A stretch of DNA of 60,114 bases from Clostridia bacterium (GCA_045661305.1 JAZRFJ010000018.1:1-60114), one strand, 5' to 3'. Shown: positions 19,008-29,553, numbered from the stretch's first letter. The notes: a model not told the origin generated them from the letters alone. Made by a program: numbers and translations.

Positions 19008-20537
19008 GTGCTTTCAAGAGTAAAAAGTGCAGGAATAGCGGGAATAGATGGATATGAGGTAACAGTTGAGGCTGATGTTTCAGGGGGACTTCCTTCTTTT
19101 GATGTTGTTGGACTTGCCGATGTTGCTATAAAAGAATCAAAGGAAAGAGTAAAAAGTGCAATAAAAAATTCAGGCTTTCAGCTAAAATCATATAAAATAA
19201 CTGTAAATCTTGCACCCGCGGCTATAAAAAAAGACGGCACTCATTATGATTTACCATTAGCAACGGCTGTTTTAGGCGCTTTGGGGCATATAAATGCACA
19301 AAATATAGAGAACTATGCTATTTTAGGCGAACTCTCTCTTTATGGTGAAGTGAGGGGTGTCAGCGGCATTTTACCGATGACAGATAAGCTTAAAAAATCA
19401 GGCTTTAAAAATATAATAGTCCCATATGATAACAGAAATGAGGCAGCAATTGTTAAAGGGATAAATGTATATCCCGTAAAGACACTAAAAGAAACACTTG
19501 ATATAATTAATTCACACGATGAAGTTAAGCCTTACATAAATGAAAATAAATATGATAACGATGAAGACGAAATTGCTCTTGATTTTTGTGATGTTCAGGG
19601 ACAGGAGCAAGCAAAAAGGGCGTTAGAGATTGCTTGTGCAGGGGGACATAGCTGTCTTATGATAGGAAGTCCCGGAAGCGGAAAAACAATGCTCTCAAAG
19701 AGAGTGCCGTATATTCTTCCGCCTCTTACACACGAGGAATCAATCGAGGTAACAAAGCTTTATTCGATTTCATCTTTAATAAGCGATGATAAACCTCTTA
19801 TGACAAAAAGACCGTTTAGAACAATTCACCATACTGCTTCACAGGTAAGTATTATCGGAGGCGGTGCAAAGGCAAATCCCGGAGAGGTTTCTCTTGCACA
19901 TAACGGTGTTCTTTTTATGGACGAGCTGCCTGAATTTAAAAGGGCAACTCTTGAGGTATTAAGACAGCCTCTTGAAGATAAAGAGGTAACTGTTACAAGA
20001 GTTTCCAAAAGTGCTACATACCCATGTAATTTCATGGTTATAGCGGCAATGAACCCATGTCCTTGCGGATATATGTCTTCCGATAAAAGAGAATGTACCT
20101 GCTCACTTGATGAGATAAGAAGATATCAGAAAAAGATTTCAGGACCTCTTCTTGACAGAATAGATTTACAGGTAGAGGTAAGCGGTATAGAATATAAGGA
20201 AATGGTTTCTTCCGAGAAAGCAGAAAAATCGTCTGAAATAAGAAAAAGAGTTGTAATGGCAAGAGAAGTGCAGAAAGAAAGGTATAAAAACGAAAAAATA
20301 ACTACTAATTCACAGCTCACTACACCTCTTATTAAAAAATATTGCAAGTTAACTGATGCAGCACAAAAGATACTTGAAATGGCATTTGACAGAATGGGAC
20401 TTTCCGCAAGAGGTTACACCAAAATAATAAAGGTTGCCCGTACGATTGCCGACCTTGAGGGGATAGCGGAGATTAATGAAACACATATTGCAGAGGCAAT
20501 AGGATACAGAGATATAGATACAAAATATTTCAATTAA
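19008..20537 (+). CDS. comM: YifB/ComM Mg-chelatase-like AAA ATPase
   Basis: GSPGSGKT, PGEVSLAHNGVLFMDELPEF and NPCPCG. Confidence 0.93.
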   Translation: MLSRVKSAGIAGIDGYEVTVEADVSGGLPSFDVVGLADVAIKESKERVKSAIKNSGFQLKSYKITVNLAPAAIKKDGTHYDLPLATAVLGALGHINAQNIENYAILGELSLYGEVRGVSGILPMTDKLKKSGFKNIIVPYDNRNEAAIVKGINVYPVKTLKETLDIINSHDEVKPYINENKYDNDEDEIALDFCDVQGQEQAKRALEIACAGGHSCLMIGSPGSGKTMLSKRVPYILPPLTHEESIEVTKLYSISSLISDDKPLMTKRPFRTIHHTASQVSIIGGGAKANPGEVSLAHNGVLFMDELPEFKRATLEVLRQPLEDKEVTVTRVSKSATYPCNFMVIAAMNPCPCGYMSSDKRECTCSLDEIRRYQKKISGPLLDRIDLQVEVSGIEYKEMVSSEKAEKSSEIRKRVVMAREVQKERYKNEKITTNSQLTTPLIKKYCKLTDAAQKILEMAFDRMGLSARGYTKIIKVARTIADLEGIAEINETHIAEAIGYRDIDTKYFN

Positions 20538-20553
20538 AGGAGACTTATTTGAA

Positions 20554-21804
20554 ATGGAGCTTATTATGGGAATAGGTATGGTAATTATTGTTTTACTTGT
20601 TGTTCTTATCATTCTTTCATTGAAAAAACAAGATTTTTCGGATGTAAGAAACGAGCTTGCAAATAATATCAAAAACATGAGCGACATGATAAACCAGACA
20701 CAAAATCAGGCACTTAATATGCAGGATGTAAGACTGAAAGAGCTTTCCGAAAAATTTGTTAATTTTACAAACGAAACAAATGAGAAGTTAAAATCATTTG
20801 AAGAAAGACTTAATAACTCAGCATCAAGCACAGAAAAAAAGATGGAGGGAATTCGTGAAACTGTTGAACAGCGTCTTTTTAAAATGCAAAATGATAATAA
20901 CGAAAAGTTGGAAAAGATGCGTGAAACTGTTGATGAAAAGCTTCAAAAAACATTGGAGGACAGAATTTCAAAATCCTTTAAGCTTGTTTCCGAAAGATTA
21001 GAGGAAGTTTATAAGGGTTTAGGGGAAATGAAAAATTTAGCATCGGGTGTTGGCGACCTTAAAAAAGTCTTATCAAATGTCAAGACGAGAGGAATTTTGG
21101 GAGAAATACAGCTTGGAGCAATACTTGAGCAGTTTATGGCACCCGAGCAGTATGAAACAAACTTCCGTGTCAAGAATGACAGACAGGAAGCTGTTGAGTA
21201 TGCAATAAAGCTTCCAGGGAACGATAATGAGCCTGTATTTCTGCCTATTGACGCAAAATTTCCTGTTGATGCTTACAATAATCTTAATGAGGCATATGAT
21301 TCGGGAGACCCTGCACTTGTGGAAAACGCAAAAAAAGTGCTTGTTACCCGTATAAAGCAGTTTGCAAAGGATATTTCTGATAAATATATTTCACCACCGC
21401 TTACAACAGATTTTGCGATTATGTTCCTTCCTGTTGAGGGGCTTTATTCCGAGGTTGTAAGAAGCGGACTTTTGGAGATTTTGCAAAGAGAATATAAGAT
21501 TAATATTGCAGGACCTACAACGATAGCTGCATTTTTACAAAGCTTACAGATGGGCTTTAAAACACTTGCAATTCAAAAGAGGTCGGGAGAAGTTTTTGAT
21601 ATTTTAGGAGCAGTAAAAACTGAATTTGAAAAATTCTCTGATGGAATAAAGAGCGCACAGCAGAAGATGGACCAGGCACATGATGCGTTAGAGAAGCTTG
21701 TGGGAACAAGAACAAGAGCAATACAAAGAAAATTAAAAACAATAACCTCTTTACCTGAAGAGGAAGCTATAAAATTATTGGAAACAGATATAGACGAAGT
21801 GTAA
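20554..21804 (+). CDS. rmuC: DNA recombination protein RmuC
   Basis: N-terminal TM, coiled coil, KTRGILGEIQL and PIDAKFP. Confidence 0.93.
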   Translation: MELIMGIGMVIIVLLVVLIILSLKKQDFSDVRNELANNIKNMSDMINQTQNQALNMQDVRLKELSEKFVNFTNETNEKLKSFEERLNNSASSTEKKMEGIRETVEQRLFKMQNDNNEKLEKMRETVDEKLQKTLEDRISKSFKLVSERLEEVYKGLGEMKNLASGVGDLKKVLSNVKTRGILGEIQLGAILEQFMAPEQYETNFRVKNDRQEAVEYAIKLPGNDNEPVFLPIDAKFPVDAYNNLNEAYDSGDPALVENAKKVLVTRIKQFAKDISDKYISPPLTTDFAIMFLPVEGLYSEVVRSGLLEILQREYKINIAGPTTIAAFLQSLQMGFKTLAIQKRSGEVFDILGAVKTEFEKFSDGIKSAQQKMDQAHDALEKLVGTRTRAIQRKLKTITSLPEEEAIKLLETDIDEV

Positions 21805-21815
21805 GTAGAAAGGAT

Positions 21816-23282
21816 ATGGTTTTTTTGAAACAGTTTGAAGTAAAAGAAAATTTATCAATGCTTGTGGATTTTTATGAATTTACTATGTCAAACGGATATT
21901 TTAAAAACGGGATGAAAGATAAGATAGTTGTTTTTGATATGTTCTTCCGTAAAATTCCCGATGACGGGGGTTATGCTATTATGGCAGGGCTAGAGCAGGT
22001 TATTGAATATATCGAGAATCTCAGATTTTCTGACAGTGACATTGAATATTTAAGGTCTAAGAAAATTTTTGATGAAGATTTTCTTATGTATCTTAAAAAT
22101 TTCAAATTCTCATCTTCAGTATGGGCAATTCCCGAGGGAACACCGATTTTTCCTATGGAGCCTCTTATTGTTATAAAGGGACCTGCTATTGAAGCGCAGC
22201 TTATGGAAACAATGATACTCCTTACAATAAACCACCAGAGTCTTATTGCTACAAAGGCAAAAAGAATTGTAAGAGCAGCCAAAGGCAGAGCAGTTATGGA
22301 ATTCGGCTCACGCCGTGCACAAGGCTATGACGGTGCGGTCTTAGGAGCAAGAGCTGCTTATATAGGCGGTTGCTGTGGTACTGCATGTACTATTACAGAT
22401 GTAAAATATCAGATACCTGCACTTGGTACAATGGCACATAGCTGGATACAGATGTTTCCTACTGAATATGATGCATTTTATGAATACGCATCATTATATC
22501 CTGATAACTGCACACTTCTTATTGATACTTATAATGTTTTAAATTCAGGAATAAAAAATGCGATAAAGGTATTTGACGAGGTTATTGTTCCGAAAGGATA
22601 CCGTCCTAAAGGAGTAAGAATTGACAGCGGTGACATTACTTATCTTTCAAAAAAAGTGCGTAAAATACTTGATGATGCAGGATATAGTGATGTAGGAATA
22701 GTTGCATCAAACTCTTTAGATGAATATATTATAAAAGATATGCTTATACAGGGGGCAAAGGTTGACAGCTTTGGCGTAGGCGAAAGACTTATAACATCAA
22801 AATCCGAGCCTGTATTTGGCGGAGTTTATAAGCTTGTAAGTGTATTTGATGATAAAAAGGAAATTCCGAAAATAAAGCTGAGTGAAAATGTACAAAAAAT
22901 AACAATACCTTGCTTTAAGGATTTATACAGACTTTATTCAAAGGAAACAGGAAAAGCAATCGCTGATGTAATAACAACAAAAGGCGAGAAGATAAACGAG
23001 AATGAGCCTTATGAAATTTTCCACCCTGAGTTCACATGGAAAAGAAAGAAGATAACAGATTTTACAGCTAAAAAGCTTTTAGTTAAGATTTATGATAACG
23101 GAAAGCTTGTTTATAAATGCCCGTCTGTAAAGGAAATCAAGGAATACTGTGACAGTCAGGTTGATACCTTGTGGGACGAGGTAACCCGTCTTGAAAATCC
23201 GCATACCTATTATGTGGATTTATCCAAGAAATTATGGAAAATAAGAGATAAGATGCTAAAGGTTTACAACAAGGCTGACTAA
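21816..23282 (+). CDS. pncB: Nicotinate phosphoribosyltransferase
   Basis: DFYEFTM, EFGSRRAQG, GTMAHSW and RIDSGD. Confidence 0.95.
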   Translation: MVFLKQFEVKENLSMLVDFYEFTMSNGYFKNGMKDKIVVFDMFFRKIPDDGGYAIMAGLEQVIEYIENLRFSDSDIEYLRSKKIFDEDFLMYLKNFKFSSSVWAIPEGTPIFPMEPLIVIKGPAIEAQLMETMILLTINHQSLIATKAKRIVRAAKGRAVMEFGSRRAQGYDGAVLGARAAYIGGCCGTACTITDVKYQIPALGTMAHSWIQMFPTEYDAFYEYASLYPDNCTLLIDTYNVLNSGIKNAIKVFDEVIVPKGYRPKGVRIDSGDITYLSKKVRKILDDAGYSDVGIVASNSLDEYIIKDMLIQGAKVDSFGVGERLITSKSEPVFGGVYKLVSVFDDKKEIPKIKLSENVQKITIPCFKDLYRLYSKETGKAIADVITTKGEKINENEPYEIFHPEFTWKRKKITDFTAKKLLVKIYDNGKLVYKCPSVKEIKEYCDSQVDTLWDEVTRLENPHTYYVDLSKKLWKIRDKMLKVYNKAD

Positions 23283-23299
23283 ATGGAGGAGATAAGACA

Positions 23300-25117
23300 A
23301 TGATAAGAGAAGATTTAAGAAATATTGCTATAATCGCCCATGTTGACCATGGTAAGACAACACTTGTTGACCAGCTTTTAAAGCAGGGCGGTGTGTACAG
23401 AGACAATCAAGAGGTTGAAGAAAGAGTTATGGATAATAATGCCTTAGAAAAAGAGAGAGGCATTACTATCCTTGCAAAAAATACAGCAGCAACATATAAC
23501 GGGGTGAAAATAAATATTGTTGATACTCCCGGACATGCTGATTTTTCAGGAGAAGTTGAGCGTATCTTAAAAATGGTAAACGGTGTTTTACTTCTTGTTG
23601 ATGCTGCTGAGGGGCCAATGCCACAGACAAGATTTGTTTTGCAAAAAGCATTAGAGCTTGGACATAGAATTATTGTAGTTATAAATAAGATAGACCGTCC
23701 TGATGCGAGATTGGATGAGGTTGGGGAAGAAGTCTTAGAGCTTTTATTAGAGCTTGATGCAAACGATGAACAGCTTGACAGCCCTATACTTTATTGTTCG
23801 GGAAGAGACGGAACAGCTTCTTATTCGCCAAATGTTGCAGGCGAAAATTTTGATTGTCTTTTTGAAAAGATTATAAGCTATATTCCTGCTCCGGAGGGCG
23901 ATGCAGAGGGTGATTTACAGGTTTTGGTTTCATCTATTGATTATAATGACTATGTGGGCAGAATTGCAATCGGAAGGGTAGAGAGAGGCGTAATAAAGGC
24001 AAACAGCGAGGTTACTGTTTGTGATTATCACGAAAGACGCGCCCCCAGACGCGGAAAAATCGTTAATCTTTATCAGATTGAGGGACTTGGTAAGGCACAG
24101 GTTTCAGAGGCTAAAGTCGGAGATATTGTCTCTTTTTCAGGAATAACTGATATTACAATCGGTGAAACTGTTACATGTGTTTCAAATCCTGAGCCTGTTG
24201 AATTTGTTAAAATCGGTGAGCCTACTGTTGAGATGACATTTAGTGTAAATAACAGCCCGTTTGCAGGCAGAGAGGGTAAGTTTGTAACATCAAGACAAAT
24301 TAAGGACAGACTTGAAAAAGAGCTTTTAAAAGATGTATCTTTAAGAGTTTCTGACGGTGAAACAACAGACAGCTTCCAGGTTTGCGGAAGAGGTGAAATG
24401 CACCTTTCTATTCTTATTGAAACGATGCGTAGGGAAGGCTTTGAATTTTCTGTAAGCACACCTAAGGTATTATATAAAGAAATTGACGGAGTTTTGTGTG
24501 AGCCAATCGAAAAACTTCTTTTAGATGTTCCCGAAGATTCTGTCGGCTCGGTTATGGAAAAGATGGGACTTAGAAAAGCTGAGCTTCAGCAAATGATGCC
24601 TGTTGGCAATCGTATGAGATTAGAATTTCTTATTCCGTCAAGAGGACTTTTCGGATATAAGAGTGAATTTTTGACAGATACAAAAGGTGAGGGCGTTTTG
24701 AACTCTGTTTTCCATGAGTATCAGCCATATAAAGGCGATATACAGAAAAGATTTACAGGTTCTCTTGTTGCATTTGAAACAGGAACTGCAGTTGTTTACG
24801 GACTTTTTAATGCACAGGAAAGAGGTACACTCTTTATTCCAGCAGGTGTTGATGTGTACGAGGGTATGGTTGTAGGTTTTTCTCCAAAGCAGGAGGATAT
24901 AAATGTAAATGTATGTAAAACAAAGCATCTTACAAATACCCGTGCTTCAGGAAGCGATGATGCCTTAAAGCTTACCCCTTACAGAAAATTGAGCTTGGAA
25001 GAATCACTCGAATTTTTAAATGATGACGAGCTTTTAGAGGTTACTCCGGAAAGCCTTAGAATAAGAAAAAGAATACTTAATAATTCATTAAGAGCAAAAG
25101 CAAGAGCCAAGCAGTAA
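23300..25117 (+). CDS. typA: Translational GTPase TypA/BipA
   Basis: AHVDHGKTTLVD, GRGEMHL and EVTPESLRIRK. Confidence 0.97.
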   Translation: MIREDLRNIAIIAHVDHGKTTLVDQLLKQGGVYRDNQEVEERVMDNNALEKERGITILAKNTAATYNGVKINIVDTPGHADFSGEVERILKMVNGVLLLVDAAEGPMPQTRFVLQKALELGHRIIVVINKIDRPDARLDEVGEEVLELLLELDANDEQLDSPILYCSGRDGTASYSPNVAGENFDCLFEKIISYIPAPEGDAEGDLQVLVSSIDYNDYVGRIAIGRVERGVIKANSEVTVCDYHERRAPRRGKIVNLYQIEGLGKAQVSEAKVGDIVSFSGITDITIGETVTCVSNPEPVEFVKIGEPTVEMTFSVNNSPFAGREGKFVTSRQIKDRLEKELLKDVSLRVSDGETTDSFQVCGRGEMHLSILIETMRREGFEFSVSTPKVLYKEIDGVLCEPIEKLLLDVPEDSVGSVMEKMGLRKAELQQMMPVGNRMRLEFLIPSRGLFGYKSEFLTDTKGEGVLNSVFHEYQPYKGDIQKRFTGSLVAFETGTAVVYGLFNAQERGTLFIPAGVDVYEGMVVGFSPKQEDINVNVCKTKHLTNTRASGSDDALKLTPYRKLSLEESLEFLNDDELLEVTPESLRIRKRILNNSLRAKARAKQ

Positions 25118-25134
25118 AGGAGAAACAAAGAAAA

Positions 25135-26175
25135 ATGATAAGAGCAGGAATACTCGGTGTAACAGGTTATGCCGGAATTGAACTTTTGAGATTACTTACA
25201 AATCATCCCGATGTTGAAGTGACAACGCTCGTTTCGGGGAGCAGTGTAGGTAAAAAAATATCAGATATTTATCCTAATTTCAAAAACATCTGCGAGATTG
25301 AGCTTGAAGAACTTAACTATACCAAAATAGAGGAAAAGTGTGATGTTGTTTTCACTTCTCTTCCGCATGGTGCGTCCGATGAGATAATTGCACAGCTTTA
25401 TAAAAGAGATTTGAAAATTATTGATTTAAGCGGTGATTACAGATATGACGATGTGGCTGTATATGAAAAATGGTATAAAACAGAGCATAAAAATAAAGAG
25501 CTTTTAAAGGAAGCGGTTTACGGACTTTGTGAGCTTTATAAGGACAAAATTAAAAATGCTCGTTTAATTGGAAATCCGGGTTGTTATACAACAGCTTCTA
25601 TTTTGGGAGCAATTCCTCTTATAAAAAGCGGTTTTGTTTCTACGGACAATATAATAATAGATGCGAAATCAGGTGTAAGCGGAGCAGGCAGAGGCTTAGC
25701 TCAGCCTTTTCACTTTGTAGAATGTACTGAAACCATGAAAGCTTACAAGGTTGCTACTCACCGTCATACCTCGGAAATTGAACAGGAATATTCAAAGGCG
25801 GCAGGAAAAGAGGTTATGGTAAGCTTCACACCTCATCTTATTCCGCAAAAAAGAGGAATATATTCTACAATTTATATGAATCTTAATGATGACTATACAG
25901 ATGCACAGCTTTTAGATGCCTATAAGGTTTTCTATAAGGATTGCCCGTTTGTTAGAATATGCGATGAGGGTGTTATTGCAGAATCAAAGAATGTAAACGG
26001 CTCAAATTATATTGATATAGGTCTTAAAGTAGACAAAAGATTAAAAAGAGTTGTTGTTACAAGCACAATAGATAATTTAATCAAAGGTGCGGCAGGGCAG
26101 GCTGTTCAGAACATGAATATAATGTTTGGACTTTCGGAAACTGCCGGACTTAAAACAGTTGCAAATTATCTTTGA
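25135..26175 (+). CDS. argC: N-acetyl-gamma-glutamyl-phosphate reductase
   Basis: GVTGYAG, NPGCYTT and DNLIKGAAGQAVQNMN. Confidence 0.96.
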   Translation: MIRAGILGVTGYAGIELLRLLTNHPDVEVTTLVSGSSVGKKISDIYPNFKNICEIELEELNYTKIEEKCDVVFTSLPHGASDEIIAQLYKRDLKIIDLSGDYRYDDVAVYEKWYKTEHKNKELLKEAVYGLCELYKDKIKNARLIGNPGCYTTASILGAIPLIKSGFVSTDNIIIDAKSGVSGAGRGLAQPFHFVECTETMKAYKVATHRHTSEIEQEYSKAAGKEVMVSFTPHLIPQKRGIYSTIYMNLNDDYTDAQLLDAYKVFYKDCPFVRICDEGVIAESKNVNGSNYIDIGLKVDKRLKRVVVTSTIDNLIKGAAGQAVQNMNIMFGLSETAGLKTVANYL

Positions 26176-26193
26176 TATTTAAAAAATGAAAAA

Positions 26194-26231
26194 ATAAGGC
26201 TGAACAGTGAATAAAAACTGTTCAGCCTTAT
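26194..26231. terminator. Bidirectional terminator argC/pyk
   Basis: 15-bp stem ATAAGGCTGAACAGT/ACTGTTCAGCCTTAT between convergent genes. Confidence 0.8.
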
Positions 26232-26252
26232 ATTGGTTTTACTCTTTAATTT

Positions 26253-27659
26253 TTATACCTTATGCACTTTGAGTAAATTGGTAGCAGAGCCAACAGGCAT
26301 TCCGCTTGTTATAACAACAAGGTCATTTTTTTCCACATAATCCTTTTCAAAAGCAACCTTTACAGCATGCTCCAGAAGTATATCTGTATTTGGCTGAAGC
26401 TCTGCCATTACAGGATAAACGCCCCATGAAAGAGCAAGCTTACGATATGTTTTTACAAAAGGTGTTGCCGCAATAATCGGCATTTTAGGTCTGAATTTAG
26501 ACATATCTCTTGCACTTTTACCTGTTTTTGTAACAACAATTACTGCTCTCGCATTAAGGTCGTGTGCAGTAGTACATGCGGCGTGCGAAATAGCATCAGG
26601 AACTGTAGGTGCAGGAAGGTCGTTATTGAAAAATCTCTTTTTATAATCTATGTCAATTTCAGTAGTTTTAGCAATTCGTGCCATAGTTTTTACCGCTTCA
26701 ACAGGATATTTTCCTACAGCAGTTTCTCCTGAGAGCATTATTGCACTTGTGCCGTCATAGACAGCGTTTGCAACATCGGAGGTTTCAGCTCTTGTCGGAC
26801 GCGGATTATTAATCATGGATTCCAACATCTGTGTTGCAGTTATAACTCTCTTTCCGGCACTGTAACATTTTTTAATCATCATTTTCTGAAGTGTCGGAAG
26901 GAGTTCAAAATCTATTTCTATTCCCATATCACCTCTTGCAACCATAATGCCGTTTGAGGCGTCAATTATTTCATCAATATTATTAACTCCGTCACGGTTT
27001 TCAATTTTTGCAATAATTTCGATTTCGTTTCCGCCGTTTGCATCTAAAAATTTTCTCATCATTATAATATCGTCAGCCCTTCTTACAAAAGATGCTGCAA
27101 CATAGTCAAAATCGTTCTCTATTCCGAAAAGAAGGTCTTTTTTATCAACATCGTCCATGTATGGCATATAAAGGTCGATGCCCGGGAAATTAAGACCTTT
27201 TCTGTCTGAAAGAACTCCGCCTACAATAACCTCGCATTCAATTTCTCTTTCTGAAAGTGAAACGACACGCATTTCTAAATTTCCGTCATCAAGAAGTATG
27301 CGGTCATTTTTTTTAAGGTCAAAAGGCAACTTTTTATAAGTTACCGAAACCTTTTCTTCATTTCCTTTGATGTCTTCTGTTGTAAAAGTAAATTTCTGTC
27401 CTTTTTTCAGTGTAACCTTTGAGTTTTCAAAGGTTTTTATTCTTACCTCAGGACCTTTTGTGTCAAGAAGAAGTGCAACAGGGATTTCAAGCTCATTGCG
27501 TATTTTTTTGAAAGTGTCAATTCTTTTCTTATGGCTCTCATAATCTCCGTGCGAAAAATTTATTCTTGCAACATTCATGCCTGAAAGAATCATTTGTCTT
27601 AAAACATTTTCGTCATCTGTTGCAGGTCCTAAAGTACATACAATTTTAGTTTTTCTCAT
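26253..27659 (-). CDS. pyk: Pyruvate kinase
   Basis: RKTKIVCTLGPA, IIAKIEN, MVARGDMG and MLSGETA. Confidence 0.97.
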   Translation of the reverse strand: MRKTKIVCTLGPATDDENVLRQMILSGMNVARINFSHGDYESHKKRIDTFKKIRNELEIPVALLLDTKGPEVRIKTFENSKVTLKKGQKFTFTTEDIKGNEEKVSVTYKKLPFDLKKNDRILLDDGNLEMRVVSLSEREIECEVIVGGVLSDRKGLNFPGIDLYMPYMDDVDKKDLLFGIENDFDYVAASFVRRADDIIMMRKFLDANGGNEIEIIAKIENRDGVNNIDEIIDASNGIMVARGDMGIEIDFELLPTLQKMMIKKCYSAGKRVITATQMLESMINNPRPTRAETSDVANAVYDGTSAIMLSGETAVGKYPVEAVKTMARIAKTTEIDIDYKKRFFNNDLPAPTVPDAISHAACTTAHDLNARAVIVVTKTGKSARDMSKFRPKMPIIAATPFVKTYRKLALSWGVYPVMAELQPNTDILLEHAVKVAFEKDYVEKNDLVVITSGMPVGSATNLLKVHKV

Positions 27660-27687
27660 ATTATATTGCTTCCTTTCGTTTATAGTA

Positions 27688-28245
27688 TTATATTGTTTCT
27701 ATCATTTTAACTGCATTTTTTTCAAATAGTTTTCTTCCATATTCTAAAAGCACTGCCTCAAAAATACAGGCATTATCTATATGGTCTCCGTATTCGGTAA
27801 GAATAATCTGCGTTTTTTTAAAATTCTTTGTAAAATCAGAGTTTAATATAAGGTAGTATTTTGTGTCAAGCTCAAAAAGTGTCGAATATCCTAAAAAGAT
27901 ACCTTTTATACCGTTGATTCCTCTCTTTAAAGAAGAATAGTCAGGGAAAGAATATATTACATTTGTTTTGTTCTTTTTGTCTGTTAATTTTGCATCGTTT
28001 GTTTTTGTTATAAAAACTATATATCCGTCTTTGTGAGATAAAACAGTTTCGATAGATGTTTTTGAAATATCAGCTGTGAATGAAACTTCATCATATGCTT
28101 TCTTTAATATTTCATCAATCAGCTTACGACTGATTGTTTCTCCGAACAATTCGGATGCATCACAGTCAAGGCTCAAAATATCATGACAGGACAAAACAGC
28201 TTTGAGCTTATTTTCGTCTATCAGTTCAATTTTCACATTCTCCAT
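27688..28245 (-). CDS. mecA: MecA-like ClpC adaptor protein
   Basis: KIELIDENKLKAVLS N-terminus, IVFITK, YSF and YYLIL...ILTEYG...LLEYG..LFEKNAV pattern of clostridial MecA. Confidence 0.65.
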   Translation of the reverse strand: MENVKIELIDENKLKAVLSCHDILSLDCDASELFGETISRKLIDEILKKAYDEVSFTADISKTSIETVLSHKDGYIVFITKTNDAKLTDKKNKTNVIYSFPDYSSLKRGINGIKGIFLGYSTLFELDTKYYLILNSDFTKNFKKTQIILTEYGDHIDNACIFEAVLLEYGRKLFEKNAVKMIETI

Positions 28246-28357
28246 TGCCTCCCATTATAAAAACCCTATTTGATTATAACACATTTAAAACAAAAAATAA
28301 AGGGGTAATTTTTGTAAAATAAAAAAATATTTAAAATTTCATCAAAAAATTTTTTTA

Positions 28358-28530
28358 TTCGACATTTATTCGACAAAATTTAAAAAATTACAAACCAAAA
28401 AAGGATAAAATACTGTTTTTCCTTTCTTTTTTAGACTTTTTTTAAAAAAATTCGACATTTTTGTGTTAAAAAAAGGATTTTTTTGTTAGAAATTTGTTAA
28501 AAGCATTAATTTTGGCATTTTTTTGTCGAA
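28358..28530. promoter_or_regulatory. Four perfect Spo0A boxes (TGTCGAA)
   Basis: TTCGACA at 28358, 28369 and 28451; TGTCGAA at 28524. Confidence 0.8.
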
Positions 28531-28560
28531 CGATAGTTGGTAAAAATTTCCAGTTTTCTC

Positions 28561-28589
28561 TTGATTTCTGCGAAATTATGTGTTATTAT
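28561..28589 (+). promoter_or_regulatory. SigA-like promoter of the spo0A-like gene
   Basis: TTGATT-N17-TATTAT with TGn extension. Confidence 0.5.
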
Positions 28590-28681
28590 AAATTTACGAA
28601 ATTAAAAATGTTTTTTAATGCGCATAAAAAACTAAAAAAGGATAATGCAGATGAATTTTCTGTTTAAAAAGGAGAATTACG

Positions 28682-29497
28682 ATGAAAAAGATTTTAATTG
28701 TAGATAATGATATGACATTTCTTAATAATATGAAGGAAAAACTATCTGAAAATGATTATTTCGGAGAGATTAAAATTGCTCAGAATGGCTGGGAAGCATT
28801 CGATATTGCAAAACAGTTCGACCCTGATATTGTTCTTACGGCTGTTGTAATGTCGGATGGGGACGGAATATGGCTTATTGAGCATTTGAAAAGCGAGGAA
28901 TATGATAATAAAAACAGAGTTATAATTCCGATTCTTGATTCAAAAATTACAGCTATTGAAAATCTGATGTGGTCTTTGGGAGTAGATTATCTTTTAGTAA
29001 AACCTTTTAATGCAGAGGAAATTGCAAGCCAGATAAGACTTGTTTCGGAAAGCAAGGACGCAATGAACGGTTTTGATGAGAATGTTTCTTTAGAATCACA
29101 AGTAATTAAGCACTCAAATGCAAATATTCAAAAGTCAAAGGAAGACCCCAAGCTTGAACAGCTTGTTACAAATATTTTTCATGACTTGGGAATGCCTGCA
29201 CATATAAAGGGATATGAGTATTTAAGATATGCGATTTTAAGAGTCCTTGAAAATAAGAGTTTGCTTCACAGTGTTACAAAGGAGCTTTATCCTATGACAG
29301 CAAAAGCTTTTGGAAGTAAACCAAGCCGTGTCGAGCGAGCGATAAGACACGCTATTGAGGTAGCCTGGACAAGAGGAGACCCTGAAAATATAGCAAAGCT
29401 TTTCGGCTGTACTGTTCTTTCTTCAAGAGGAAAACCTACAAATTCAGAATTTTTAGCAATGATAGCAGATAAGATACTATTGAAGCTATCTGCATAA
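28682..29497 (+). CDS. spo0A: Spo0A-family transcription factor with degenerate receiver domain
   Basis: Canonical C-terminal domain (PAHIKGY, TKELYP, SRVERAIRHAIEVAW, KPTNSEF); receiver lacks the phospho-acceptor Asp. Confidence 0.85.
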   Translation: MKKILIVDNDMTFLNNMKEKLSENDYFGEIKIAQNGWEAFDIAKQFDPDIVLTAVVMSDGDGIWLIEHLKSEEYDNKNRVIIPILDSKITAIENLMWSLGVDYLLVKPFNAEEIASQIRLVSESKDAMNGFDENVSLESQVIKHSNANIQKSKEDPKLEQLVTNIFHDLGMPAHIKGYEYLRYAILRVLENKSLLHSVTKELYPMTAKAFGSKPSRVERAIRHAIEVAWTRGDPENIAKLFGCTVLSSRGKPTNSEFLAMIADKILLKLSA

Positions 29498-29505
29498 AAA
29501 AGGAA

Positions 29506-29538
29506 GGAACTGTTAAAATGATACTTTTTAGCAGTTCC
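29506..29538. terminator. Bidirectional terminator spo0A/MATE
   Basis: GGAACTGTTAAAA/TTTTAGCAGTTCC. Confidence 0.7.
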
Positions 29539-29553
29539 CTTGTATATATATTT

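Noticed and set aside
28471-28500. SigH promoter for the spo0A-like gene
   Set aside because: AGGATTT is present but no GAAT at the required spacing
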